NCBI GenBank assembly: GCA_043759095.1
Contig: JAYVMG010000627.1
Span: forward strand, 1-35,090
DNA: 35,090 nucleotides
Source: Acidobacteriota bacterium
Lineage (GTDB): Bacteria; Acidobacteriota; Vicinamibacteria; Vicinamibacterales; CAVVIG01
Direction of reading: 5' to 3'
The notes under the pieces are model-generated. The model was not told where the DNA came from, did not search any database, and worked only from the letters and a program-made list of their open reading frames with translations. Positions within the stretch are counted from its first letter, which is position 1. Every line of letters starts with the position of its first letter. The position numbers were made by a program, and so were the translations under genes. Positions 9,974 through 19,173 of this stretch are shown here, one piece after another.

Positions 9974-11647
9974 ATGCCCGAACCGAGACCCGCGGATTGC
10001 CGGCTTGGCGACGAGGCGCTCGCCCGGGGCGCGTGGGGCGACGCGCGCGCCGCGTTCGAGCGGGCGCTGGCCGCGCGCGAGAGTCCGGAAGCTCTCGAGG
10101 GGCTCGGGCTTGCCGGCTGGTGGCTCGATCTCGCCGACGTCGTCTTTGACTCGCGCGAGCGCGCGTACCGACTGTACGGCGACCGCGGCGACCGTACCGC
10201 CGCCGCCCGCGTCGCCGTCTGGCTCGCCTGGGACGCGTGGGCCTTCCGCGGCGAGCACGCCGTCGCCAGCGGCTGGCTCCAGCGGGCCCGCACGCTGCTC
10301 CAGGGCGCCGGCGACGTCCCCGAGCTCGCGTGGCTCGAGCTCCGCGAAGGCGCGCTCGCGCTGCTGGACGATGGCGATCCGGATCGAGCGCACCGGCATG
10401 CCGCGGAAGGGATCCGCATCGGGCGCGCGACGCGCACACTCGATCTGGAAATGCTCGGACGTGCGCTGCAGGGGCTCGCGCTCGTCGCGTCGGGCGCCGT
10501 TGCCGAGGGGATGCGCGCGCTCGACGAAGTCAACACAGCGGTCGTCGCCGGCGAATTGACGGATCTGATCGCTATCGGCCTCTCGTGCTGCTACATGATT
10601 GCGGCGTGCGATCGCGTGCGCGACTACGACCGCGCCGTGCAGTGGTGCATGCGGCTGAAGGCGTTCTGCCAGCAGTGGGGGCTGCGGCCGCTGTTCGCCG
10701 TGTGCCGCACGCAGTACGCGTCGATCTGTATGTGGCGCGGCACCTGGCTCGAAGCCGAGCAGGAGCTGGTGAGCGCCACCGACGAACTCGCGGCGAGCCG
10801 GCCGGCGATGACCGCCGACGGTCTGGTGCGTCTCGCGGAACTGCGCCGTCGGCAAGGGCGGCTCGTTGAGGCGGCGTCGCTGTTCGAGCGATCCGAGCCG
10901 CATGGGCTCGCGTCGCTCGGGCGCGCCGAGCTCGCGTTCGATCGCGGCGATCTGCGCGCGGCGGCGGATCAGGCGGAGCGCTATCTGCGACGCATCCCGG
11001 CGCACAACCGCACCGATCGCGCGACCGGGCTCGATCTGCTCGTCCGCGCACGGGTCGGCGCCGGCGATCAGGACGGCGCGAAGACCGCGCTTGCCGAGCT
11101 GACCGCCATCGCCGCGCTCGTCGCCACCGTGCCGCTTCGCGCCGCCGCGAGCCTCGCGGCCGGCTACGTCGCCATGGGACATCGCGACGCGGATGACGCG
11201 CGCCGGCATCTCGAGGACGCGGTCGATCTGTTTCGGCAGAGCGGCGCGCCGTACGAGCTGGCGCGGGCCCGCATCGAACTGGCGCGGGCGCTCGCTGCGC
11301 TCGGGCGTACCGTCTTGGCGGCCGAGGAAGTGCAGCGCGCGATCAATCTCCTCTCGGAACTGAAGGCGGAACTGGATCTGTCGCGCGCGCGCGCGCTGCT
11401 CGAGACGCTATCGGTCGAGCAGCCGTCGGCAACGAGTCCTGACGCGAACGCCGCAGGCCTCACCGCCCGCGAACGGGAAGTGCTGCGTCTGGTGGCCGAT
11501 GGACTGAACAACCAGGCGATCGGCGAGCGGCTGTTCGTCAGCGAGCACACCGTCCACCGGCACGTCGCGAACATCTTCAGCAAGCTCAGCGTCTCGTCGC
11601 GCGCCGCCGCGGTCGCGCAGGCGGCCCGCCGCGGCCTCCTGGCCTGA
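9974..11647 (+). CDS. LuxR/MalT-family regulator with TPR-like helical domain and C-terminal HTH
   Basis: GLTAREREVLRLVADGLNNQAIGERLFVSEHTVHRHVANIFSKL LuxR HTH; Ala/Leu-rich helical repeats upstream. Confidence 0.92.
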   Translation: MPEPRPADCRLGDEALARGAWGDARAAFERALAARESPEALEGLGLAGWWLDLADVVFDSRERAYRLYGDRGDRTAAARVAVWLAWDAWAFRGEHAVASGWLQRARTLLQGAGDVPELAWLELREGALALLDDGDPDRAHRHAAEGIRIGRATRTLDLEMLGRALQGLALVASGAVAEGMRALDEVNTAVVAGELTDLIAIGLSCCYMIAACDRVRDYDRAVQWCMRLKAFCQQWGLRPLFAVCRTQYASICMWRGTWLEAEQELVSATDELAASRPAMTADGLVRLAELRRRQGRLVEAASLFERSEPHGLASLGRAELAFDRGDLRAAADQAERYLRRIPAHNRTDRATGLDLLVRARVGAGDQDGAKTALAELTAIAALVATVPLRAAASLAAGYVAMGHRDADDARRHLEDAVDLFRQSGAPYELARARIELARALAALGRTVLAAEEVQRAINLLSELKAELDLSRARALLETLSVEQPSATSPDANAAGLTAREREVLRLVADGLNNQAIGERLFVSEHTVHRHVANIFSKLSVSSRAAAVAQAARRGLLA

Positions 11648-11684
11648 ACGGGCCATTTTCGGTCCTGACCGCAAAATGACCCGT
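11648..11684. promoter_or_regulatory. Imperfect inverted repeat, candidate LuxR operator or terminator
   Basis: ACGGGCCATTTTCGGTC-CT-GACCG(C)AAAATGACCCGT; a -10 TACAGT lies at 11716-11721 and GGAGG precedes ATG 11740. Confidence 0.5.
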
Positions 11685-11739
11685 CCGTGGGACGCGCAAC
11701 CAGGGGCGTGCTCGCTACAGTGGCTGCGGAGGAACACAC

Positions 11740-12237
11740 ATGAACACGACCGCTCGCCGCATCTTCCTGACGTTCGCCTGCGTCGCCGCCGGATCGCTGG
11801 CTGGCGTCACCGCCCAGACTCGCGCCCATGTGATCCAGTCGCCGAAAGACGCGCAGTGGGGACCGGCCCCGCCGATGCTGCCGGCCGGCGCGCAGATCGC
11901 GGTCCTCGCCGGCGATCCGGGGAAGGCCGCGCCGTACACGATTCGCCTGAAGTTCCCCGCCAACTATGCGATTCCCGCGCACTCCCATCCCACCGACGAG
12001 CACGTCGTCGTCACCGCCGGATCGCTGTCGCTTGGGATGGGCGACACGTTGACGAAAGCGGCGGGGAACACGACCCTTGGCGCCGGCGGCTTCGCGCTGA
12101 TGCCGGCCGGCATGAGTCACTTCGCCTACGCGGGCGCCGCCGGAGCCACAATCGTGCTGTCCGGACAGGGTCCGGTGGAGTTCAAGTACGTGAACGCCGC
12201 TGCCGATCCGCGCAACGCGAAGACGACCGCCCGATAG
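11740..12237 (+). CDS. Secreted cupin-domain protein
   Basis: Signal peptide; AVLAGDP, PAHSHPTDEHVVV, MPAGMSHFA cupin motifs; GGAGG RBS. Confidence 0.88.
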   Translation: MNTTARRIFLTFACVAAGSLAGVTAQTRAHVIQSPKDAQWGPAPPMLPAGAQIAVLAGDPGKAAPYTIRLKFPANYAIPAHSHPTDEHVVVTAGSLSLGMGDTLTKAAGNTTLGAGGFALMPAGMSHFAYAGAAGATIVLSGQGPVEFKYVNAAADPRNAKTTAR

Positions 12238-12264
12238 GCGTCGACCGGATCCATCAGGCCTGCC

Positions 12265-12414
12265 TCAGCGGCAGGCCTGATGCTGACAATCGCAGCGCAG
12301 CTCCGTTGTCTGTCCTTTTTCCTTGCAGTGCTCGCAGCAGTATTTTCCGTGAGGACCGCCTCGTTGGACCGCGCAGTTGCAGGCAGGGTGGGCGCACTTG
12401 TCAGGGTCAGCCAT
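12265..12414 (-). CDS. Bacterial metallothionein-like protein (49 aa)
   Basis: MADPDKCAHPACNCAVQRGGPHGKYCCEHCKEKGQTTELRCDCQHQACR: 9 Cys and 4 His; GGAGGAGG RBS and TAGAAT (12439-12434) upstream. Confidence 0.85.
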   Translation of the reverse strand: MADPDKCAHPACNCAVQRGGPHGKYCCEHCKEKGQTTELRCDCQHQACR

Positions 12415-12487
12415 CGCGAGCCTCCTCCGCTGGATTCTACACCTGCCTGCTCCGCACGCGCCGCGAATTGGCCGGCCGCCGGCTGCG

Positions 12488-12635
12488 TTACACGCGAGAG
12501 CCCGCGACCACGTCGCACGCCGGGGCCGCCGGCTGAATCGGCGTGCCCTGTGATCGCACAAGGTCGTGGTACGCCGACACGATGCGGCCAGTGACCGGGC
12601 CGATGCCGCCTGTGCCGATCGTCCAGCCGCCGCCG
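12488..12635 (-). pseudogene. Possible orphan C-terminal fragment of a class IV aminotransferase (IlvE-like)
   Basis: Frame reads GWTIGTGGIGPVTGRIVSAYHDLVRSQGTPI, resembling the IG-G-GPVT..L...Y..LV end of IlvE; no credible start. Confidence 0.4.
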
Positions 12636-12788
12636 CACGTGAGGGCAACGCCGCGTCCGCGACCGGCCGGATGGTTTGAAAACCTTATAGAATTCCCAGA
12701 AGCGACCTTCTGCGACTGGTTCCGCATCGACATCCACAGTGTTGGTTGTCGACGTGGCCGACGATGATATCGAAGGAGAAGAACTGTA

Positions 12789-13076
12789 ATGCTGCTGCAC
12801 CTGGTGAGTTTCAAGTACAAAACGCACGTCGACGCCGACACGCAGGCGCAACACCGCCAGCGCCTGGCCGCACTGAAAGGTATAGACGGCGTGATCGACC
12901 TGAAGGTTGGCGAAGACGTCGTCCACTCGCCGCGGTCGTTTGACACGGGGTTGTCCGTGACGTTCCGGGATCGCGCGGCGCTCGACGCGTACCAGAAGCA
13001 CGATCAGCACGTGCCGGTCGCGCAGTTCGGCGCGGGGCTCTGCGAGCAGATCGTCGCGGTCGATTTCGAGATTTAA
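12789..13076 (+). CDS. Dabb family (stress-responsive A/B barrel) protein
   Basis: MLLHLVSFKYK, F-D-AALDAYQKH-QH, VDFE C-terminus; AAGGAG RBS. Confidence 0.9.
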   Translation: MLLHLVSFKYKTHVDADTQAQHRQRLAALKGIDGVIDLKVGEDVVHSPRSFDTGLSVTFRDRAALDAYQKHDQHVPVAQFGAGLCEQIVAVDFEI

Positions 13077-13279
13077 GACCGCCTCATGAAGGCCGCGATG
13101 TATGGCGCCTTTCACCTCGACCCGGCGCAGCGCCGCATCGTCGCCTCCCGGCTCCAGGGCGACACGATTGTCGCCAGCCGGTAGCGGCTGCGCCGCTCCG
13201 CAGACATCTAATTACCTGTCCCGCTGCCTCGTTCCGCGATACGATTTCGCGTTCGCGTTTTTCATTGTACGAGGTGGCT

Positions 13280-16126
13280 ATGTTCAGGAAATATGCGGCG
13301 ATCGTCGCGCTGGCGGTGAGCGTCATGGTGGCCGCGCCGTCCGCGCAGAAAGCGGCGACGGCGTCCAAGGTCACCGCGCCGAAGGATCAGTTCGGTTGGG
13401 CCGTCGGCGACGACTACCGCCTCGTCAACTACACCCAGTACACCGACTATCTGAAGAAGCTGCAGGCGCAGTCGGAACGCATGCTGGTGACCGACATCGG
13501 CAAGACGGAAGAAGGCCGCACGGAATTTACGGCCATCATCACGTCGCCGGAAAACCTGCGGAGGCTGCCGCTGATCAAGGCGGCGAATCGTAAGCTCGCG
13601 CTGGCCGAAAACCTGACCGACGATCAGGCGCGCGTGCTGGCGCGCGAGGGCAAGACCGTGGTGTGGATCGACGGCGGCCTGCATGCCACCGAGGTGCTGG
13701 GCGCACAGCAGCTGATCGAGACGATCTACCGTCTCAACACGAGGACCGATCCCGAGACGCTGCGGATCCTCAACGACACCATCATCCTCTGCACGCTGGT
13801 GAACCCGGACGGCATGGAACTGGTCTCGAACTGGTACATGCGCGACGCCGACGAGAAGCGCCGGTCGACGAACGGCATCCCGCGCCTGTATCAGAAATAC
13901 ATCGGCCACGATGACAATCGCGACTTCTACATGATGAACATGTCGGAGAGCGTGAACGCGAACAAGCAGATGTACCGCGAGTGGTTTCCGGCGATCATGT
14001 ACAACCACCACCAGACCGGTCCGGCCGGCGCCGTGCTGTTCGCGCCGCCGTTCCGCGATCCGTTCAACTACAACTTCGATCCGCTGATTCCACTCGGCAT
14101 CGATATGGTCGGGGCGGCGATTCACACGCGGCTGGCCGCCGAGAACAAGCCGGGAGCGGTGATGCGGACCGGTGCGCCGTATTCCACGTGGTTCAACGGC
14201 GGCCTTCGAACGACGTCGTACTTCCACAACCAGATTGGCATTCTCACGGAGAGTATCGGCAACCCGACCCCGGTCGAGATTCCGTTCGTGCTCGACATGC
14301 AGCTGCCGCGCGCCGATGCGCCAAACCCGATCGCTCCGGGGGTGTTTCCGTTCCGCACCGCCATCGAGTACTCGATCACGATGAACTACGCCATTCTCGA
14401 TCTGGCGTCGAAGCGACACGAGGATTTTCTCTACAACATGTATAAGATGGCGAAGAACGCCATCGACAAGGGCAACCGCGATAGCTGGACGATCCATCCC
14501 AAGCGCATCGAGGCGGCGCGAGAGGCGATTGAAGCGACGCAGGCCGGCGCCTCACGCGGCGCCGAGAACATCGGCCCCCGCGGCGGGCGAGGCGGCGGTC
14601 CGGGTCGGGGCGGTGCGCCCGTCGCCATCTACAACAATGTCCTGCACGATCCCAAGATGCGCGATCCGCGCGGCTTCATCCTGCCGTCGGACCAACCCGA
14701 CTTCCTGACCGCGACCAAATTCGTCAACACGCTGATCAAGGCGGGTGTCTTCGTGCACCGCGCGACCGCGCCGTTCACGGTCGCAGGCACGCAGTATCCC
14801 GCCGGCTCGTATGTGGTGAAGTCGGCGCAGGCCTTCCGTGCCCACGTGCTGGACATGTTCGAGCCGCAGGATCATCCGGACGACATTCCCTACCCCGGCG
14901 GCGCACCGCGCCCGCCGTACGACGTCACCGGCTACAACATCGCGTACTCGATGGGGATCAAGTACAACCGCATCCTCGACGCGTTCGACGGCCCGTTCGA
15001 GAAGATTCCGGATCTCGCGCCAGTGCCGGCGGGCAGCGTCACGCAGGCCCCGAGCGGCGGCGGCTACCTGCTGAGCCACGAGGTGAACGACGCGTTCGTC
15101 GCCGTCAACCGTCTGCTGAAGGCGAACGAAGAGGTGTTCTGGCTGAAGACCACCGCGAGCGCGAACGGCAAGATCTACCCCGTGGGGACGATGTTTGTTC
15201 CAGCGAAGACGACGACCCTGCCGATTCTGCAGAAGCTGGCAGCGGACAAGGGCCTCGCGTTCGATGCCGTGTCCGCGAAGCCTGCGGGTGAGTCGATGAA
15301 GCTGAAGCCCGTGCGCATCGGCCTATGGGATCAGTACGGCGGATCGATGCCATCGGGCTGGACGCGCTGGCTCTTCGAGCAGTACGAGTTCCCCTTCGAG
15401 GTCGTGTTTCCCGTGACGCTCGACGCAGGCAACCTGAACGCGAAGTTCGACGTGCTGGTGTTCGTCGATGGCGGGATTCCCGAGCGTGAAGGTGCGGGCG
15501 GCGGCGGTTTTGGCGGCCAGCCCCCGGCTGACTCGGTGCCGGCGGAGTTCCGCGGAACGCTGGGACGCGTCACGGTGTCGAAGACGGTGCCGGAACTCAA
15601 GAAGTTCGTCGAGAACGGCGGGACGGTGCTAGCGATTGGATCGTCCACGTCGTTGGGCAAGCATCTCGGGCTGCCGATTCGCGACGCACTGGTCGAGCGT
15701 GTGGCCGGCGGCGTCGAGCGTCAACTGCCGCGCGAGAAGTTCTACATCCCGGGGTCGATCCTCGAAGCGCGGATCGACAACACGCAGCCGCTGGCCTACG
15801 GCATGGGCGATCGCGCCATGGTGTTCTACGACGAGAGCCCGGCGTTCCGGTTGCAGCCGGACGCGGGCATGAAGGGCGTGAAGCCGATCGCCTGGTATGA
15901 CGGCCCCGCGCCGCTGCGCAGCGGCTGGGCCTGGGGTCAGCAGTACCTGGATCAGGCGGTCTCGATCATCGAAGCCCCGGTCGGCAAGGGCCACGTCGTC
16001 CTGTTCGGCAACGAAGTGAACTGGCGCGGACAGCCGCACGGCACGTTCAAGCTGCTGTTCAACGGCATCTACTACGGCAGCGCGACGGCGGCTGCGGCTG
16101 GCCTGCGAACGAGCGATCCGCAATGA
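13280..16126 (+). CDS. Secreted M14 zinc carboxypeptidase family protein
   Basis: Signal peptide; IGKTEEGR, DGGLHATE (HxxE), NPDG, NRD, YNHHQ; start at ATG 13280 after GAGGT. Confidence 0.92.
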   Translation: MFRKYAAIVALAVSVMVAAPSAQKAATASKVTAPKDQFGWAVGDDYRLVNYTQYTDYLKKLQAQSERMLVTDIGKTEEGRTEFTAIITSPENLRRLPLIKAANRKLALAENLTDDQARVLAREGKTVVWIDGGLHATEVLGAQQLIETIYRLNTRTDPETLRILNDTIILCTLVNPDGMELVSNWYMRDADEKRRSTNGIPRLYQKYIGHDDNRDFYMMNMSESVNANKQMYREWFPAIMYNHHQTGPAGAVLFAPPFRDPFNYNFDPLIPLGIDMVGAAIHTRLAAENKPGAVMRTGAPYSTWFNGGLRTTSYFHNQIGILTESIGNPTPVEIPFVLDMQLPRADAPNPIAPGVFPFRTAIEYSITMNYAILDLASKRHEDFLYNMYKMAKNAIDKGNRDSWTIHPKRIEAAREAIEATQAGASRGAENIGPRGGRGGGPGRGGAPVAIYNNVLHDPKMRDPRGFILPSDQPDFLTATKFVNTLIKAGVFVHRATAPFTVAGTQYPAGSYVVKSAQAFRAHVLDMFEPQDHPDDIPYPGGAPRPPYDVTGYNIAYSMGIKYNRILDAFDGPFEKIPDLAPVPAGSVTQAPSGGGYLLSHEVNDAFVAVNRLLKANEEVFWLKTTASANGKIYPVGTMFVPAKTTTLPILQKLAADKGLAFDAVSAKPAGESMKLKPVRIGLWDQYGGSMPSGWTRWLFEQYEFPFEVVFPVTLDAGNLNAKFDVLVFVDGGIPEREGAGGGGFGGQPPADSVPAEFRGTLGRVTVSKTVPELKKFVENGGTVLAIGSSTSLGKHLGLPIRDALVERVAGGVERQLPREKFYIPGSILEARIDNTQPLAYGMGDRAMVFYDESPAFRLQPDAGMKGVKPIAWYDGPAPLRSGWAWGQQYLDQAVSIIEAPVGKGHVVLFGNEVNWRGQPHGTFKLLFNGIYYGSATAAAAGLRTSDPQ

Positions 16127-16127
16127 G

Positions 16128-16177
16128 GTGGTGTGTGCGCTGTGCGCGTGAGTGAGCGCGCACAGCGCACGTACCAC
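16128..16177 (+). terminator. Long stem-loop immediately after the M14 peptidase stop
   Basis: 21-bp stem (16128-16148 / 16157-16177, two G-U pairs), 8-nt loop; no U-tract so mechanism uncertain. Confidence 0.6.
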
Positions 16178-16220
16178 AAGCGGTTTCGTGATTTCATTCG
16201 GCAAAACCGTCGACGCAAAC

Positions 16221-16236
16221 GGGATCCGTGTTTGCA
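16221..16236 (+). promoter_or_regulatory. Sigma54-like -24/-12 promoter
   Basis: gGGATC-CGTGT-TTGCA (GG-N10-GC), C at 16235, ATG at 16248. Confidence 0.45.
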
Positions 16237-16247
16237 GTCACGGTCGC

Positions 16248-16472
16248 ATGGCTTCCCCACACCTCAACGTCGAACGCCTGTGGTCGATGCACGACGGCAC
16301 CATCTGCCTTCTGGTCGAACGCGAATCCGCCCCGCGCTACGAAATATGCGTCGTCCGGGGCGAGGAGGTGCTGCGGCAGAATCGTCTGTACGCAAGAGGG
16401 AGCGCGCAGATGCTGGCGGAGACCTGGCGTAGCAATCTCTTGTCGGCGACGCCATCCTCGATCGTCTGTTGA
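16248..16472 (+). CDS. Small hypothetical protein (74 aa)
   Basis: MASPHLNVERLWSMHDGTICLLVERESAPRYEICVVRGEEVLRQNRL...; globular composition, coding-like codon usage. Confidence 0.6.
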   Translation: MASPHLNVERLWSMHDGTICLLVERESAPRYEICVVRGEEVLRQNRLYARGSAQMLAETWRSNLLSATPSSIVC

Positions 16473-16574
16473 TCCGCTGCGCGGCGCGTGAATCTTCTGC
16501 GGATGCGATGCCGAGCCGCCATCGCCTTCACGACTCTTCCCACCCTTGCGCTCGCCCTGCTCCTCGCGGTCAGG

Positions 16575-17699
16575 TCACCGCTGGGGCCTGGGGTCTGGCA
16601 CCAGCTCCGGCGACGGGATGAAGTTGTACAGGTGACGGCCGACGATCTCCTGGATCACGACATCCGGGTGTTCCTTCGTCACTTCCTCGGCGTCGAAGTC
16701 GTTCTGCCAGAGATACACCGCGCGGCTGAAATGTTCCGACAGGAACGGCACGAGCTGTGACGCGAACGAGTCGCGAAAGATCACCGCGCGTGGGAGGGAT
16801 CGATCGTGGATCTCGGTGACGAGACGTCCGAGTTCATCGGTCGGTGCGGCGCCTGCCGGCTCGATCACCCGCGCTCGCCGCGCGCGCTTCGGCACGAGCA
16901 GCAGATCGACCTCGCGCATGACGCGCGTCAGCCCCATCATCCCGGCCAGGTCCAGGCCTTCGATTGTGCGTTCCGCATCGGTGAAGTCGTCGCGCGTCCA
17001 GGCCGGAGGAGTACTCGGCGCGCGCGCGCGGACCGCGGCGATGATCCGCTGATACGCCGGCAGCGCGCCGCGCTCGTTCCAGTGCGTGTCGGTCTGCTGG
17101 TAGATGCGCTCGTGCGCCTTGGCTTCGAACAGCTCCCGCCGCACGTCGACGGCCAGGCCGGTGTCCTGCAAGGCCGTGAACAGCTGGTCGGTGCGCGACA
17201 GCTCGCCGATGCGCGCGAGCGTGGGCGGCATCTCGTCCGCGTAGATCACATGTTTGTCCGGCGCGATCACAAACACATACGCGATGTCGCGCGCGTGGAG
17301 CCAGTCGCGCGCCCGGACGCTGGCGGCGCGCCAGTTGGAGAGCGCCGTATCGGTCATCGGCTCGACGTTGGCGTAGTCGTCGATCGACTTGTCGTCGCCA
17401 TAGAAGAACCAGCCGCGCTCGCCCTTGACGACCGCTGCCGACGGCGACACGCCCAGCACGAAGAGCCGGCTCTCGCCGTACCAGCGCACCAGCCGGGATC
17501 GAAACCCGAAGTGGTCGTCGAACCACGCGCTGAATCCGGCGGGTAGGGCGGCGATCGACGTCAGCGATCGGTCGAGGTGAGGAACGGCCGCGAGTTCGCG
17601 GTTCTCCGCGCCGGGATCAGCGCCGTCGAGGCCGGCGAGGTTCGCCGCCAGCGGCAGCGAAATGACGGCGACGAACAGGCCCACGAGGATGATCTTCAT
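16575..17699 (-). CDS. AlgJ/AlgX-like SGNH O-acetyltransferase
   Basis: ENRELA, DHFGFR, G-GWFF, IAPDK, TDTHWN (DxHW), DLAGM, FRDSF; ATG 17699 overlaps upstream TGA. Confidence 0.9.
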   Translation of the reverse strand: MKIILVGLFVAVISLPLAANLAGLDGADPGAENRELAAVPHLDRSLTSIAALPAGFSAWFDDHFGFRSRLVRWYGESRLFVLGVSPSAAVVKGERGWFFYGDDKSIDDYANVEPMTDTALSNWRAASVRARDWLHARDIAYVFVIAPDKHVIYADEMPPTLARIGELSRTDQLFTALQDTGLAVDVRRELFEAKAHERIYQQTDTHWNERGALPAYQRIIAAVRARAPSTPPAWTRDDFTDAERTIEGLDLAGMMGLTRVMREVDLLLVPKRARRARVIEPAGAAPTDELGRLVTEIHDRSLPRAVIFRDSFASQLVPFLSEHFSRAVYLWQNDFDAEEVTKEHPDVVIQEIVGRHLYNFIPSPELVPDPRPQR

Positions 17700-19159
17700 C
17701 AGAACCGGAAATAGATGAAGGGGTTGTAGGTGCGGGCGGCCATGCTCATCACCGAAAGCACGAGCAGCGCCAGCAACGCTGCCGTGTTCACCAGCGGCAT
17801 GCCCCACGTGTTCGCCTTCTCGAGGCGCGCGGCGAGCGCCGGCGCCCATGGCGATGATCCGATCGCGCCGGCGGCCAGTGCGAGCCAGAGTTCCGGCGTG
17901 AGATACCACGAGACGGTGTAGGTCGTCGGCGCCGCCCCCGTCAGACCGGCCATGGCCTTCAGAAAAGTCATCGCTTCGGGCAGCGTCTCGGCTCGGAAAA
18001 AGACCCAGCCGATCATCACGATGATGAGGGTGTAAACGTGTGGCCAGATCGGCCAGGCGAGGATGCCCTCCTCATTGAGGCCTGTGGATTGCGGATTGCG
18101 GATTCCTGTGCGTACGCGTTCGATCACCAGAAACGATCCGTGCCACAGGCCCCAGATGGCGAAGTTCCAGCTCGCACCGTGCCAGAGGCCGCACAGGAAG
18201 AAGACGATGACGAGATTGCCGTACCGGCGCGCCCGGCTCACGCGGTTGCCGCCCAGCGGAATGTAGAGATAGTCGCGAAACCACGTCGAGAGCGAAATGT
18301 GCCAGCGCCGCCAGAAGTCGGTCACGCTGGCTGCGACATACGGCCAGCGAAAGTTCTCGGGGAAGCGGAAGCCGAACATGCGCCCGAGGCCAATGGCCAT
18401 GTCGGAGTAGCCGGAGAAGTCAAAATAGATCTGCAGCGTGTAGCAGACGATGCCGAGCCAGGCGTGGGCCGTGGAAAGCTCCGCAGTCGGCAGCGCGAAG
18501 ATCTTGTCGGCCGGCCCGGCGACGACGTTCGCGATCAGGACTTTCTTCGCGAGGCCGATGACGAACCGACGCACGCCGTACGCGAAGTCATCGAGCGAGA
18601 CGCGGCGGCGCGCAAGCTGATCGGCGATGTCACGATACCGGATGATCGGCCCGGCAATCAGCTGCGGAAACAGCAGCAGGTAGAGCGCGGCGTGCACCGG
18701 GCTCTTCTGCGCGGTCGCGTCGCGTCGCGAGACGTCGATGACGTACGAAATCGCGTGAAAGGTGAAGAACGAAATGCCGATCGGCAGCAGCACTCGCGGG
18801 ACGGCGATCGGCGCGACGTGCGCGGTCGTCAGCAGGGCGTTGAGGTTGTCGGCAAAGAAGTTCGCGTACTTGAAGATGCCGAGCACGACGAGGTTGACGG
18901 TGACGGCGAACGCCAGCCGGCGAGAGGCCGCTGGCGCGCCGTACGCGCGATCGACGCTGATGGCCATCCAGTAGTTGAACGCAATCGACCCCAGCATCAA
19001 GTAGGTGAATGTACCGCCTCCCGACGCGTAGAAAATGACGCTGGCCACCAGCAGTAACCAGTTGGCGTACGCGCCGTGCTCCCGTGAGCCCCGGATGAAA
19101 TAGAGCCCAAGGAGTACAGGGAGGAACAGGAAGAGGAACGTCGGTTCAGTAAACAGCAC
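17699..19159 (-). CDS. algI: MBOAT family O-acyltransferase (AlgI/DltB-like)
   Basis: LPIGISFFTF, FPQLIAGPIIR, QIYFDFSGYSDMAIG, FWRRWHISLSTWFRDYLYIPLGG, GLWHGA, NPFIYFRF. Confidence 0.94.
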   Translation of the reverse strand: MLFTEPTFLFLFLPVLLGLYFIRGSREHGAYANWLLLVASVIFYASGGGTFTYLMLGSIAFNYWMAISVDRAYGAPAASRRLAFAVTVNLVVLGIFKYANFFADNLNALLTTAHVAPIAVPRVLLPIGISFFTFHAISYVIDVSRRDATAQKSPVHAALYLLLFPQLIAGPIIRYRDIADQLARRRVSLDDFAYGVRRFVIGLAKKVLIANVVAGPADKIFALPTAELSTAHAWLGIVCYTLQIYFDFSGYSDMAIGLGRMFGFRFPENFRWPYVAASVTDFWRRWHISLSTWFRDYLYIPLGGNRVSRARRYGNLVIVFFLCGLWHGASWNFAIWGLWHGSFLVIERVRTGIRNPQSTGLNEEGILAWPIWPHVYTLIIVMIGWVFFRAETLPEAMTFLKAMAGLTGAAPTTYTVSWYLTPELWLALAAGAIGSSPWAPALAARLEKANTWGMPLVNTAALLALLVLSVMSMAARTYNPFIYFRF

Positions 19160-19173
19160 GGCGAGGGGAGGGC

